Positions 38,538-51,992 are shown, counted from the stretch's first letter. The stretch is DNA of 64,000 bases from Octopus sinensis (GCF_006345805.1 NC_042997.1:114514001-114578000); one strand, 5' to 3'. Program-made: numbers and translations. Notes: generated from the sequence alone by a model not told the origin.

Positions 38538-38795
38538 AAATCAAATTGAGGGTGAAAAATTGGATATTAATTTGATAACATCAATTTTAACACCAGTGGT
38601 CTAGCATATAAAAAAACTGAGATTCAGTAAATAGTATTTCGTACATAAATATAAGAGGGAATTTTTTTAACCACTATGTGGAAACCCTTATGCTAGAAGA
38701 AGATCCGCTATGGTCTTAACCGCTTAAGACCATAGCGGATCTTCTTCTAGCATAAGGGTTTCCACATAGTGGTTAAAAAAGTCCCCTCTTATATA
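38536..38795. repeat. Penelope-like terminal fragment ending in a perfect fold-back, between (TA)n runs
   Basis: ttttttaaccactatgtgg...ggtcttaa-ccgc-ttaagacc...ggttaaaaaa palindrome at ~38663-38780. Confidence 0.7.
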
Positions 38796-39286
38796 TATAT
38801 ATATATATCACTCTTTCCAGATGAGGAAGCCATGCAGTCACCTTCAAGAAGAGCCCCTCCCCTCTATCATATTTTGATATCGCACAATACTGTATCAGAT
38901 TCAGTTGAGAGATTTTGTTTTATAGGTCTTTGGTGACCTCAGCAGTGCTGGTGCCATGAAGAAAAAGTACCCAGTACACTCTGTGAAGTGGTTGGCATTA
39001 GGAAGGGCATCCAGCTGTAGAAACCATGCCAAAGGAGGCATTGGGATTTGGTGCAGTCTTCTTGCTCATCAGTTCATGTTGAGCCATCAACCTCATGACA
39101 GCATCAAAAAAAGGGACATTAAATTATAATAAATATGGCTGTGTGGTAAGAAGCTTGCTTCCCAACCACATGGTTCCAGGTTCAGTCCCACTGTGTCACA
39201 ACTTGGGCAAGTGTCTTCTACTATAGTCTCAGGTCAACCAAAGCCTTGTAATTTGATTTAGTAGATGAAAACTGAAAGAAGCCCGT

Positions 39287-39362
<76 letters not shown>

Positions 39363-40110
39363 TTGTCCTCTCCACCATCACTTGTCAACCGATGTTGGTG
39401 TGTTTACGTCCCTGTAACTTACCAGCTCAGCAAAAGAGGCTGATAGAATAAGGACTAGGCTTACAAAGGATAAGTCCTGGGGTTGATTTCTTTGATTAAA
39501 AAACCCTTTAAGGTAGCGCTGCAGCATGGCTGCAATCAATTAAAAGAATACACTACTTGCTTCTTCTGTAGCAGCAGCAAACAACATATCATCATCATCA
39601 TTATCATCGTTTAACGTCCGTTTTCCATGCTGGCATGGGTTGGATGGTGTGACTGGGGTCTGGCAAGCCAGAAGGTTGCACCAGGCTCCAATCTGATCTG
39701 GCAATGTTTCTACAGCTGGATGCCCTTCCTAACGCCAAACACTCCAAGAGTGTAGTGGGTGCTCTTTACCTGTCACCAGCACAGGAGCCAGTCAGGCAAT
39801 ACTTAGCAGCAGCAAGCAACATAATATTTATTTATATTGAGTAACGGGGTCTTTTCTTACTCCATATTCTAGAGAGGCCTTTAGCCAACAGGTTTTGGGA
39901 TCTGATGATACACCGTAAAGCTAAGCCCTTTATGGATGCGAAACCTAAGCTAATCCCATAAACCAGCTTTATCTAACTTTAATATGTATGAATATATATA
40001 TATGTGTATATATATATGTGTGTGTGTGTGTATATATATATATGTATCTATCAATCTATATATACATATATGTGTGTGTGTGCTGGTATTTTTGAACTTT
40101 GTATACATAC

Positions 40111-40152
40111 CTATTCTTGGTCTCCATTCTAGTTCACTTTTCAGATATCTCC
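40111..40152 (-). CDS. Micro-exon E7, 42 nt ((G)RYLKSELEWRPRI)
   Basis: atatctttag acceptor, G|GTATGT donor, symmetric phase 1, EWRP motif. Confidence 0.75.
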
Positions 40153-40553
40153 CTAAAGATATTTCAAAAGTAAAACAATTAGCTAATCAGCTATTAATTA
40201 ATACATGTAAATCAATTGTTAATAATTCCAGACCATCATGTAAACATAACTGTACCTAATTTATGCACAAAGCAAGCAATGTTTGAAGTGAAGCACTTAG
40301 TCAATACTGACAACCCCAGTACATAACTGGTACTCCATTTTATTAATGTTGGAAATCACATAATGATAAGCATAATGATTATTTGCATTTCATATTTCAA
40401 AAGAAAAGCAAGCTTGTTTTATCAGCAGATGATCAGAAATGAGTAACTCAGAGTACAGGAAATTGGAGCCTTTCAGTTATTAAAGAATACTTTACAGTTG
40501 TATTGAGTTTAGTAATCCTGTAATTTATAGCTTATGATGAATCAATAGAGACT

Positions 40554-40556
<3 letters not shown>

Positions 40557-40592
<36 letters not shown>

Positions 40593-40888
40593 ATGTATGT
40601 ATGTATATATGTATGTATGTATGTATGTATATATGTATGTATGTATATATGTATGTATGTATATATATATGTATGTATGTATATATGTATGTATGCATGT
40701 ATGTATGTATGTATATATATATATGCATATATATATATGTATGTGTGTATATATATATGTATATATATATATGTGTATGTATGTATATATGTATGTATGT
40801 ATATATATATGTATATATATATGTATGTATGTATATATATATGTATGTATATATATATGTATATATATATATATATGTATATATATAT
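40557..40888. repeat. Compound (GT)n/(TATG)n/(TA)n microsatellite
   Basis: Seen directly. Confidence 0.95.
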
Positions 40889-41649
40889 AATAAAATATGG
40901 TTATCCGTAATAATGAAGGGTGAAATTAATTAATTTGGAAAAATTATCAATTACACCAAGTAGTCTTCGGCATGTAAAAGCCTCATTCGAGGAAAATTTA
41001 AGTAATACTAAGCAATAAGGGTTTAGCAACGAGTTGCCTTACCACATACCGAATTTAGAAATAGCAGTCAAAGGGTTATAGCTATTTCTTCTACTAAAAG
41101 TAGAAGAAATAGCTATAACCCTTTGACTGCTATTTCTAAATTCGGTATGTGGTAAGGCAACTCGTTGCTAAACCCTTATTGCTTTGTATATATATATATG
41201 TATATATATATAAGTATATATATATATATGTATGTATGTATATATGTATGTATATATGTATGTATGTATATATGTATGTATGTATATATATATGTATGTA
41301 TATATATATGTATATATATATATATATGTATGTATGTATGTATATATGTATGTATATATATGTATGTATGTATATATGTATGTATATATATATGTATGTG
41401 TATATATATATACAAATTAATTAATTTCACCCTTCATTATTACGGATAACCATATTTTATCTCAGTAGATGACCACAGCATCTTGTTTTGGCTACACGCG
41501 GGTGGGAAGGGGCTGTTGACACAATCGTTTCATTCACAAATTGAATTCGGTGATACCAGTTGCGGATTCTAGCTCGCTCTGATACTGAGTTGAGTTGGTG
41601 CCTTCTGGTATCTCAAAATTCAATATATAATCATTTATGATTATAGTAT

Positions 41650-41756
41650 TCTACGCTGAAGAGAAAAGAAGTTTCGGTAAGATAGAATTATTTAATATTT
41701 AATATTTAATTCTTATGCTTTCCTAAAAACTTGATTTCGAAACGTACGTCCGTGGA
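41650..41756 (+). ncRNA. Type I minimal hammerhead ribozyme candidate (copy 1)
   Basis: Stem I ACG/CGT; CUGAAGA 41656-62; stem II GAAA/TTTC closing a long AU-rich hairpin; GAAAC 41739-43; GUA triplet 41744-46; palindromic ACGT stem III. Confidence 0.65.
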
Positions 41757-42249
41757 TAACTAAAAAAATGTATGATAGATTGCAGTCAATTCATTCTCTC
41801 TTACCTGTTTGTGTCTGCCTTCCAAATGCTGTTTTTACTGAGATCTCCCTTTTTAGTAGAAGAAATAGCTATAACCCTTTGACTGCTATTTCTAAATTCG
41901 GTATGTGGTAAGGCAACTCGTTGCTAAACCCTTATTGCTTAGTATTACTTAAATTTTCCTCGAATGAGGCTTTTACATGCCGAAGACTACTTGGTGTAAT
42001 TGATAATTTTTCCAAATTAATTAATTTCACCCTTCATTATTACGGATAACCATATTTTATCTCAGTAGATGACCACAGCATCTTGTTTTGGCTACACGCG
42101 GGTGGGAAGGGGCTGTTGACACAATCGTTTCATTCACAAATTGAATTCGGTGATACCAGTTGCGGATTCTAGCTCGCTCTGATACTGAGTTGAGTTGGTG
42201 CCTTCTGGTATCTCAAAATTCAATATATAATCATTTATGATTATAGTAT

Positions 42250-42356
42250 TCTACGCTGAAGAGAAAAGAAGTTTCGGTAAGATAGAATTATTTAATATTT
42301 AATATTTAATTCTTATGCTTTCCTAAAAACTTGATTTCGAAACGTACGTCCGTGGA
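42250..42356 (+). ncRNA. Type I minimal hammerhead ribozyme candidate (copy 2, identical)
   Basis: Same motif 600 bp downstream. Confidence 0.65.
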
Positions 42357-42548
42357 TAACTAAAAAAATGTATGATAGATTGCAGTCAATTCATTCTCTC
42401 TTACCTGTTTGTGTCTGCCTTCCAAATGCTGTTTTTACTGAGATCTCCCTTTTTAGTAGAAGAAATAGCTATAACCCTTTGACTGCTATTTCTAAATTCG
42501 GTATGTGGTAAGGCAACTCGTTGCTAAACCCTTATTGCTTAGTATTAC

Positions 42549-42553
42549 ATATG

Positions 42554-42584
<31 letters not shown>

Positions 42585-42670
42585 GTATGTATATATATAT
42601 ATGTATATATGTATGTATATATATGTATGTGTATATATATGTATGTATATATATATGTATGTATGTATAT

Positions 42671-42704
<34 letters not shown>

Positions 42705-42750
42705 GTATATATATATGTATGTATGTATATATATATATGTATGTATGTAT

Positions 42751-42791
<41 letters not shown>

Positions 42792-42824
42792 TGTATGTAT
42801 GTATATATATATATGTATGTATGT

Positions 42825-42858
<34 letters not shown>

Positions 42859-42906
42859 GTATATATATATATATGTATGTATGTATATATATATATGTAT
42901 GTATGT

Positions 42907-42954
<48 letters not shown>

Positions 42955-42973
42955 GTATATATATATATGTATG

Positions 42974-43006
<33 letters not shown>

Positions 43007-43008
43007 GT

Positions 43009-43056
<48 letters not shown>

Positions 43057-43369
43057 GTATATATATATATGTATGTATATATGTATGTATGTATATATAT
43101 ATGTATATATATGTATGTATATATGTATGTATGTATATATATATGTATGTATATATGTATGTATATATATATATATGTATGTATATATATATATGTATGT
43201 ATATATATATGTATGTATATATATATGTATGTATGTATGTATATATATATATGTATGTATGTATATATGTATGTATGTATATAATATATATGTATGTATG
43301 TATATATGTATGTATGTATATATGTATGTATGTATATATATATGTATGTATGTATGTATATATATATGT

Positions 43370-43400
<31 letters not shown>

Positions 43401-43555
43401 TGTATATGTATGTATATATATATATGTATGTATATATATATGTATATATATATGTATGTATGTATATATATATATATATGTATGTATGTGTATGTATATA
43501 TGTATGTATGTATATATGTATGTATGTATATATGTATGTATATATGTATGTATGT

Positions 43556-43596
<41 letters not shown>

Positions 43597-43916
43597 TATA
43601 TGTATGTATATATATATATATATGTATGTATATATATATATGTATGTATATATATATATGTATGTATATATATATATATATGTATGTATGTATATATATG
43701 TATGTATGTATATGTATGTATGTATGTATGTATATATATGTATGTATGTATATGTATGTTAGTATGTATGTATATATATGTATGTATGTATATGTATGTA
43801 TGTATATATATGTATGTATGTATATGTATGTATGTATATATATTATATATGTATGTATGTATATATATATATATAGTATGTATGTATATGTATGTATATA
43901 TAATATATATATATAT

Positions 43917-43948
<32 letters not shown>

Positions 43949-43960
43949 ATATAATATAAT
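42549..43960. repeat. ~1.4-kb (TATG)n/(TA)n microsatellite
   Basis: Seen directly; explains the YI/MYV ORFs. Confidence 0.97.
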
Positions 43961-44094
43961 TAGAAAAATCCACCAATTAAATTACACCATCTAGAAAATT
44001 ACATATAATAGAAATATTGAATATAAAATAACAATAAAGATGGTGTATTTAATTGTTCATTTGAATTGATAAAGGGTGGTTTTTTTCTAATTTT

Positions 44095-44146
44095 TATATA
44101 TATATGTATGAATATATATATTTATGTATATATATGTATGTATGTA

Positions 44147-44182
<36 letters not shown>

Positions 44183-44204
44183 TATATATATATATGTATA
44201 TATG

Positions 44205-44266
<62 letters not shown>

Positions 44267-44364
44267 TGTATGTATGTATGTGTATGTATGTATGTATGTA
44301 TGTATGTATATGTATGTATGTATGTATGTATATCTATATGTATGTATGTATGTATATATGTATG

Positions 44365-44396
<32 letters not shown>

Positions 44397-44600
44397 TGTA
44401 TGTATGTATATATATATATGTATGTATGTATTTATATATGTATGTATGTATGTATTTATATATGTATGTATGTATGTATATATATATGTATGTATGTATG
44501 TATATATGTATGTATGTATGTATATATGTATGTATGTATGTATATATGTATGTATGTATGTATATATATATGTATGTATGTATATATATATGTATGTATA
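44095..44600. repeat. (TATG)n/(TA)n microsatellite at the CR1 3' end
   Basis: Seen directly. Confidence 0.95.
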
Positions 44601-47600
44601 AAATCCTTAAAATCCTTAAAAATGTTTTAGCCCGAAGGCCGCGGCCATGCTGGGGCACCACCGCTGAATGAGCTACACTAGTTTGTGAATCCACCTCTGA
44701 TACGTGGCACTTGATCAACAAGGGAGGTCGATGCTGCTGCCCGCATCCGTGTCTCCTGTCGTGGGGTAGGTTCATCTGGGACTCCCAACAAGAAGAGATC
44801 CAGTTTAGTTTTAAAGAAACCCACATCCACACCATGTAAGTCTCTCAGGCATTTAGGGAGGATGTTAAAGAGCTGTGGTCCTCTGAAACCCAAGCTGTTG
44901 CAGTATCTGGACCTGTATTTTGATGGTGATGTTGGAATCCTTGGCACCATGCAGCGGCGCCCCATTCTGCGGTTGGAGTAACTTTGAATGCCAAAGTTTG
45001 GGACAAGACCCTCCAGGATTTTCCAGATGTATATCACTGCATATCTCTCCCGCCTCCGCTCCAGGGAGAAGAGGTTTAATACCTTCAGTCTTTCCCAGTA
45101 GCTGACATTTTGCATTGAGACTATTTTCTTTGTGTAGCTTCTCTGAGTTGCTTCGAGTTCTGCTGTTTGTTTTATATTGTGTGGTGACCAAAGTTGGGAG
45201 CAGTAGTCCAAGCGGCTGAGGACAAATGTTTTCCATAGGACCATCAGTGTCTCCTTCTCTCTTGTTCTGAAAGTTCGGAGAATCCATCCAGCTAGCCATC
45301 TGCATTTTATCACCAGATTAGCAATATGCATTTGGAAAGATGCATCATTGCTCATGTCAATGCCCAGGTCACGCACTGATTTTGACTCAGGGATTGCAAT
45401 TCTTCCTGGGCCAGTGTATCCAGTCTTCACGTCATTTACCTTTGTGTGCCAGTAGCGCAGGGCCTGGAACTTACCTGCATTAAACTGCATGTTGTTGTCC
45501 TCACCCCACCTGTATATTGTGTCCAGCTCATGTTGCAGATGCGCAATATTTTCAGGGTTTTGTATTGCGTGGGAGACTTTTGTGTCATCTGCATAGCTAG
45601 CAAGGGTGGTCATCGTAGCAACTGAAGGCATGTCTGAAAGGGCCACTATGAACATCAGTGGCCCCAAGACAGTGCCCTGTGGGACACCGCTTGTTATTTG
45701 CGTTTCCCTGGAGGTGGCTCCATTGCTCACAACTGCCTGTTTTCTGTCTTTTAGGAAGTTGTGCAGCCACTCTCCAAGTTTCCCGCCTATGCCGAGACCA
45801 CGCAGTTTGTGACAGATCATACCATGCAAAGTCAAGATATATTACATCCACATTTGAGCCATTTAGTAGCTGTTTCAACACCCAGTCATAGTGTTGCAGG
45901 AGCTGTGTTAGGCAGCCTCTACCTGGTCGAAATCCATGCTGGGTGTCAGACAGTAAGTCATTTTCTTCAAGGAACATGATTAGTTTCTTACGGACTATTC
46001 GTTCCATGACTTTGCTGATGTGTGAGGTCAGAGAGATAGGCCTATAATTTTTAGCATCTGCTCTGCTACCTCCCTTATGGATAGGGCATATTACCCCCTC
46101 TTTCAGTTTGACTGGGAGCTTACCACTTGCAAGAAAGCTCTGAAAAAGAAGCTGCAGCGGTTTTGCAAGGGCTCGTTTGCACGATTTGAGAAGGATCGCT
46201 GGGAATCCATCAGGTCCAGCAGCTGAGTTTGTGTCAATCTCATCAATGGCTAGTGTGATATCATCTTCTTCGATGTTGATGTACTCAATTTTTGTCTCTT
46301 TGGCCGCTGGTAAAGTGGCAAAGAATTCTTCTGGGTTGTTTACTTGCCTGTGTCCTAGAGGTGTAGTGAACACACTTTGGAACTGTTCGTTCAGTATTTC
46401 ACTTATCCTCGTGGGATTTCCTGTGAGAGAGCCATCTTTTTGGAAGAGAGGTCCTATTCTCTGGTGCACTGTGGCTGTCTCTTTGGCAAACTTAAAGAAA
46501 GCTTTAGGGTTTGATTTTATATTTTCTATTACCCAAGCTTCTTTATCTGCTCTCTCCTTTTCATGGGACTGATGTAGACTTTTCTCAGTTTCCATTAGCA
46601 TTCTTTCGAGCCGAGACTTCTCATCACTTTTGGTGTGCTTGCTCAGGCGGTTTGCAATCCTTGTCCGTCATCTCATAAGAATCCTCCTTTCTCTAGGGAT
46701 CCTGTTTTTGTTCTTGTGTGTGCTGGCCCTGCACATTGGGACATATTTGTCACATATGGCTTGTATTATGGACATGAAGTGTTTGTGTTTCATGTTTATG
46801 TCTGGTGTGGAGAGACATTCAGGCCAATCCTGTTTGAGGATCTCTTTCTCAATCGACTTCCAGTTGGCTTTATGAAAGTTTAAGTTGGAGAGATGGTGGG
46901 TGCTTCGTATAGGCTGTGTGTCTGCGGGGGCTTTTGTTCCATACATAGACAGCTCTATTATGTTGTGATCCGAGATCATTGTCGGCATCACATTAACATG
47001 GATAATCCATATTGTTGTGAAGCAGAGATCCAGTATATTATCTGCCCTTGTTGGTTGCAGAACTATTTGCTCCATGAAAGAGGCATTTGTGAGATGGAGC
47101 AGGGACTCCACCTGTGCCTGCTGATGGTGTGTCATCCCTGGGAGCATCTGCCCCCCAGGCCATTCCACATTGGGGAGGTTAAAGTCACCCATGAAGAATA
47201 CACTGTTGTTGCTGTTCAAGGTTGGTGAGGACTTCTCCTATTTTTGTTAGGCAGTCTTCAAACATGCCTGAGTGTTTTGGGGCATCTGGTGGGCGATATG
47301 TAGTGCATATGACGATATTCAGTTGTCTTATGTGTACAATTTGAGTTTCACATACTGAGTTTGAATATGACAGCAGGACCTGGGGCGTGAGGTCATCTCG
47401 GATGTACATTGCAACTCCACCATGGCTCCTCCCTTTTCTATCTGTGCGTATGACTGCATATTGCGGCATGTGTATTTCTGCATCACCTATATCGGGTTCA
47501 GATGCGTTTCTGTGAGTGCCATGCATATAGCTTGATTGCATGTCACAAGGTCTCTCAGGAATGAAATTTTCTTTTTACAGTTTCCGCGCAGCAGCCCTCC

Positions 47601-48520
47601 TACATTCAGTAGAAATATTTTTGTGGTGTGTGTGTTGGTGTCTGTGGTGGCCATCTGCATCTGTTGGAGGTGGCCTTATGTGGGGTAGTTCCAGCTTTGT
47701 GCTTGTAGCCAGGTCAGCTGCTGAACAATTTTTTGTGCCATGCACAAAAAAGACTGCTGTTCAGCTGCCGCCCTTCTCACATCTGGGTGAAGCTGGCCAC
47801 CTGTTGGGTTTCCGCGCGCACCACATCTGCATACCGTCTTTCAGTAGTGGTCAGTGCGCTTTTTTCCCTTCTTTTAACTTTTTGTTTTTGTTTTTGTTCT
47901 CCCTGAGGGAGGGACCTCTGTCTCGCGTCCGTGCGGTTTTGGTAGGGCCTCCGATGTGCAAAGCGACAGTTTGCACCTTCAACGCCGTACCAGCAGTCCC
48001 CCCTCAGGTAGAATTTGCAGGTGTTTCTTTCCCTGCCCTTACAGTTTTTGCTGGGGTCCCTCTGCTTTCTCTGGACAGGGCTTCCTTTAGCCTTGATTCT
48101 GTCACCCTTTACCTCCTGCTTCCCATCAATTCCAGGGTGCCTTTCCTTTCTTGCGGCCATCGCACCTCTTTGGTCTTCAGTTGTGGTGTTGGAAGCTGGA
48201 CATGTGTCATCGTTTCCCTGTGTTCCAGGCTTCTCCATTTGGCTCTGGATGCTTCCTCATCCTTTTGGCCCTCCCTGCTGCCGTCACCTCCCAGGATGAT
48301 GTCCAGGGTGTCCACATGTTGCCTGATTAGAGCGTACGAACGGATAACTTCTCTCTTCTTTCGCTCTATCTGGGCGGTGGTTCTCGAAAAATTGTTGCTT
48401 TTCAGCGCCGCAGCAATAATGTCGTTCGGCGAGTTGTCCTCAGCGATCCTCCAAGCGCGGACGAACAATTGCACCTCTCTCGCAGACCAGTTCTTGCCAT
48501 TTTCTTCTAGTGAAATATAG
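44600..48520 (-). mobile_element. Near full-length CR1-type LINE: ORF1 with CCCH finger, ORF2 APE-RT, split by frameshifts
   Basis: ORF1 CKFYLRGDCWYGVEGANCRFAH; APE LLNVGGL, LTETHL, GDFNLP, ISDHN; RT NYRPISLTS, YLDFA, GVPQGTVLGP, YADD; tail (TTTTAAGGA)2. Confidence 0.95.
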
Positions 48521-49380
48521 GAACAGAGAGAGAGATAGAGAAGGAGAGATATGGAGAGGAGGAGAAGAGAAAGGAGAAAAGCCAGGGGGGGTTTAGAGAG
48601 ACGAGGGGATTGTCCTGAGAGAAGAGAGAAAGAGAGAAAATAAGAGGAAAAAAAAGAGAAAGGTGAAAGAATGGCAGGTCAGCAGGGGGAGAGTGAGCGG
48701 GATAGAGGTGTAGTAGAAAGGGACAGGGTGGAAAAGTGAGACAAGAGGGTGGACCCTAGGGGGAGCAGGGAGAAGAAAGGCGGAGAGATAAAATGGAGAG
48801 GAGAGAGAGATGAAATGGAGAGGGAGAGAGAGAGAGAGGGCAGGATAGAGGTACCAGGAGGGAAGTGAAGTAAGGGACAGAGAGGGTGTGTGGAGGAAGG
48901 AGACAGAGAGAGGAAAAAGAGACAGGGGGTGGTGAGCCTTAGAGGGAACAGGGAGAGAAAAGGTAGGAAGAAAAAAGGGGGAAGAGGAAGAGAGGGGGCG
49001 CAACAGAGTGTAGTAAAGGGACAGGGAGGGTTGTGTAGAGAAAGAAATAAGGGGACAGAAGGGGAAGAGGAAAAGGGGTTTGACCTGTGAAAGAGCGGAG
49101 AGGAAAGAGGCAGAGAGAGGGAGGGGGAGTAACAGAGAGAGAGAATGAGTGAAGTTGAGGAACTGAGAGAGGGGGTGAGGTGAGAGAAAGTTGATCTGAG
49201 AGAGATGCAGAAAGAGAAACGATTGCAGAGGGAGAGAGAGGGAGGAGGGGAGAGTGAGAGCGGAAATAGAGGGTCTGGTGGATGGGGAGACAGATAAGGT
49301 ATAAACTGTATGAGAGAGATAGAAATAGAAATGTAAGAAAGAGAGGGAGAGATTATAAAGATAGAATAGCGCATATTTTT
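48520..49380. repeat. ~860-bp polypurine (GA-rich) tract, probable CR1 5' region
   Basis: Almost purely A/G on plus strand, directly upstream of ORF1 on the minus strand. Confidence 0.7.
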
Positions 49381-49754
49381 ATATCTTTTTAATTATTATT
49401 TTCTGTTTGAAAGAACACTAATGATAACAAATAATAAAAATGTATGAGAGAGATAGAAATAGAAATGTAAGAAAGAGAAGGAGAGAGTGTGTGGCAGGTA
49501 CGGGGGACGAAATTATAAAGATTATAAAGATAGAATACCGCGTATTTTTATATGTTCATATCTTTTTTTTTTTTTTTTTTTTTTTAATTATTTTCTGTTT
49601 GAAAGAACACTAATGATAACAAAATAAATAATATCTTCCTTACCGGGCTGAGAGAGTACTTACGTGATTCCTTTTTATAAGAAAGGAAGATAGATAGACA
49701 AGACAGACCTTTTATATTCCCCAAGCGCACTTTGTAAACACAAGGGATTGTATA

Positions 49755-50172
49755 CTCTTTTTACTCTTTACTCTTTTACTTGTTTCAGTCAGTTGACTGC
49801 GGCCATGCTGGAGCACCGCCTTTAATCGAGCAACTCGACCCCGGGACTTATTCTTTTGTAAGCCTAGTACTTATTCTATCGGTCTCTTTTGCCGAACCGC
49901 TAAGTAACGGGGACATAAACACACCAGCATCGGTTATCAAGCGATGCTAGGGGGACAAACACAGACACACAAACATATACACACACACTTATATATCTAT
50001 ACATATATACGACAGGCTTCTTTCAGTTTCCGTCTACCAAATCCACTCACAAGGCATTGGTCGGCCCGGGGCTATAGCAGAAGACACTTGCCCAAGATGC
50101 CACGCAGCGGGACTGAACCCGGAACCATGTGGTTGGTTAGCAAGCTACTTACCACACAGCCACTCCTGCGCC
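49755..50172 (-). mobile_element. Young, CpG-rich SINE family A copy
   Basis: Complete head and tail, many CpGs retained, (GAGTAAA)n tail. Confidence 0.9.
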
Positions 50173-50749
50173 TATATATATATGTATATATATATGTATA
50201 TATATATGTATGTATGTATGTATATATATATGTATGTATGTATGTATATATGTATGTATGTATATATATATGTATGTATGTATGTATGTATATATATATG
50301 TATGTATGTATGTATATATATAGGTACGTATGTATGTATATATATATGTATGTATGTATGTATATATATGTATGTATGTATATATATATATGTATGTATG
50401 TATATATATATATGTATGTATGTATATATATATATGTATGTATGTATATATATATATGTATGTATGTATATATATATATGTATGTATGTATATATATATA
50501 TGTATGTATGTATGTATGTATATATATATATATGTATGTATGTATATATATATATGTATGTATGTATATATATATGTATGTATGTATGTATATATATATG
50601 TATGTATGTATGTATATATATATGTATGTATGTATGTATATATATGTATGTATGTATATATATATGTATGTATGTATATATATATATATGTATGTATGTA
50701 TATATATATGTATGTATGTATATATATATAATATATATATGTATGTATG

Positions 50750-50780
<31 letters not shown>

Positions 50781-51121
50781 ATATGTATGTATATATGTAT
50801 GTATGTATATATATATATATGTATGTATGTATATATATATATATATGTATGTATATTATATATATGTAGTATGTATATATATATATGATGTATGTATGTA
50901 TATGTATGTATTATATATATATATGTATGTATGTATATATATATATGTATGTATGTATATATATATATGTATGTATATATATATATTATGTATGTATATA
51001 TATATATGTATGTATATATATTATATGTATGTATGTATGTATAATATATATTGTATGTATGTATGTATGTATATATATGTATGTATGTATATATATATAT
51101 ATATTATATATATATATATAT

Positions 51122-51152
<31 letters not shown>
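50173..51152. repeat. ~1-kb (TATG)n/(TA)n microsatellite
   Basis: Seen directly. Confidence 0.97.
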
Positions 51153-51153
<1 letters not shown>

Positions 51154-51470
51154 CTAGCAGTATCGCCCGGCGTTGCTCGGGTTGTAAGGGAAATAACTAT
51201 ATAAGCATTTTTAGCGAGTTATAGCAAAAAAAATAGCAAAAAATGCATTAAAAATGGAATAAAAAATGATGGTAATTTTTTTTGAATCGTTGACTCATCG
51301 TAGACATTTTTAGAGAGTTACTTCCCTTATATAATAGCGAAAAATGCATTAAAATGGAATAAAAAACGATGGTAAATTTTTTTTTAAATCGTACTCATCG
51401 TAGATGTGGGCTAATACCCAGAAGGGCTCGATATGAATCACGACTATAAGATACCCGAATTTGGTTTAAG
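51153..51470 (+). mobile_element. Helentron/HINE-like 5' end with internal duplication
   Basis: actagcagtatcgcccggcgttgctcggg terminus; aaatgcattaaaa..tcatcgtaga block present twice. Confidence 0.55.
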
Positions 51471-51838
51471 GATGACATATAAGCATTCAGCTTTTGCAGA
51501 AAGACCTGCACAAAGGATTTGTTTATAGTCATCAAATGTTCAAGCTGTACATTACCTCACTCTCTCCATCAAATCAACATTGTCTGAACAGGGGCACAGT
51601 GTGCCACGCGTTAGGTGTCAAAGTGATTACAGAGTAGCGTGAGATGAAAGGTTTTGCTCAAGAACACAATGCACTACCTGATGATATATATATATATCAT
51701 CATCATCATCATCATCATCATCGTTTAACATCGTTTTCCATGCTAACATGGGTTGGACGGTTCGACCGGGGTCTGGGAAGCCAGGAGGCTGCACCAGGCT
51801 CTATATCTCTATATATGTATGCATATATATATGTATGC

Positions 51839-51893
<55 letters not shown>

Positions 51894-51950
51894 GTATACA
51901 TGTGTGTGGTGTGTGTGTGTGAAATTAAAGAAATCAAAAATTTGTTTTAC

Positions 51951-51992
51951 CTTTCAACGAATTCTCTGGTATCGGAAATGTTGGTTTGTATT
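51951..51992 (-). CDS. Micro-exon E6, 42 nt ((E)YKPTFPIPENSLK)
   Basis: aacttttcag acceptor, G|GTAAAA donor, symmetric phase 1, EYKP motif shared with E2 and E4. Confidence 0.8.

Larger units (their letters stand above)
40890..42548 (+). mobile_element. Penelope-like/retrozyme-like partial tandem: inverted partial copy, fold-back, and 600-bp direct units
   Basis: 41413-41948 identical to 42013-42548; 40890-41100 is the reverse complement of the unit junction; perfect ~85-bp-arm hairpin centred near 41098. Confidence 0.8.

Noticed and set aside
40525-44671. Long ORFs of 100-494 aa (YIYI/MYVC/HTYI)
   Set aside because: Translations of stop-free (TA)/(TATG) microsatellites; same for the ORFs at 49944-51157, 6547 and 53073
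47540-48520. 326-aa plus-strand ORF
   Set aside because: Antisense shadow of CR1 ORF1
48593-49374. Ser/Leu/Pro-rich minus ORFs
   Set aside because: Low-complexity CT tract
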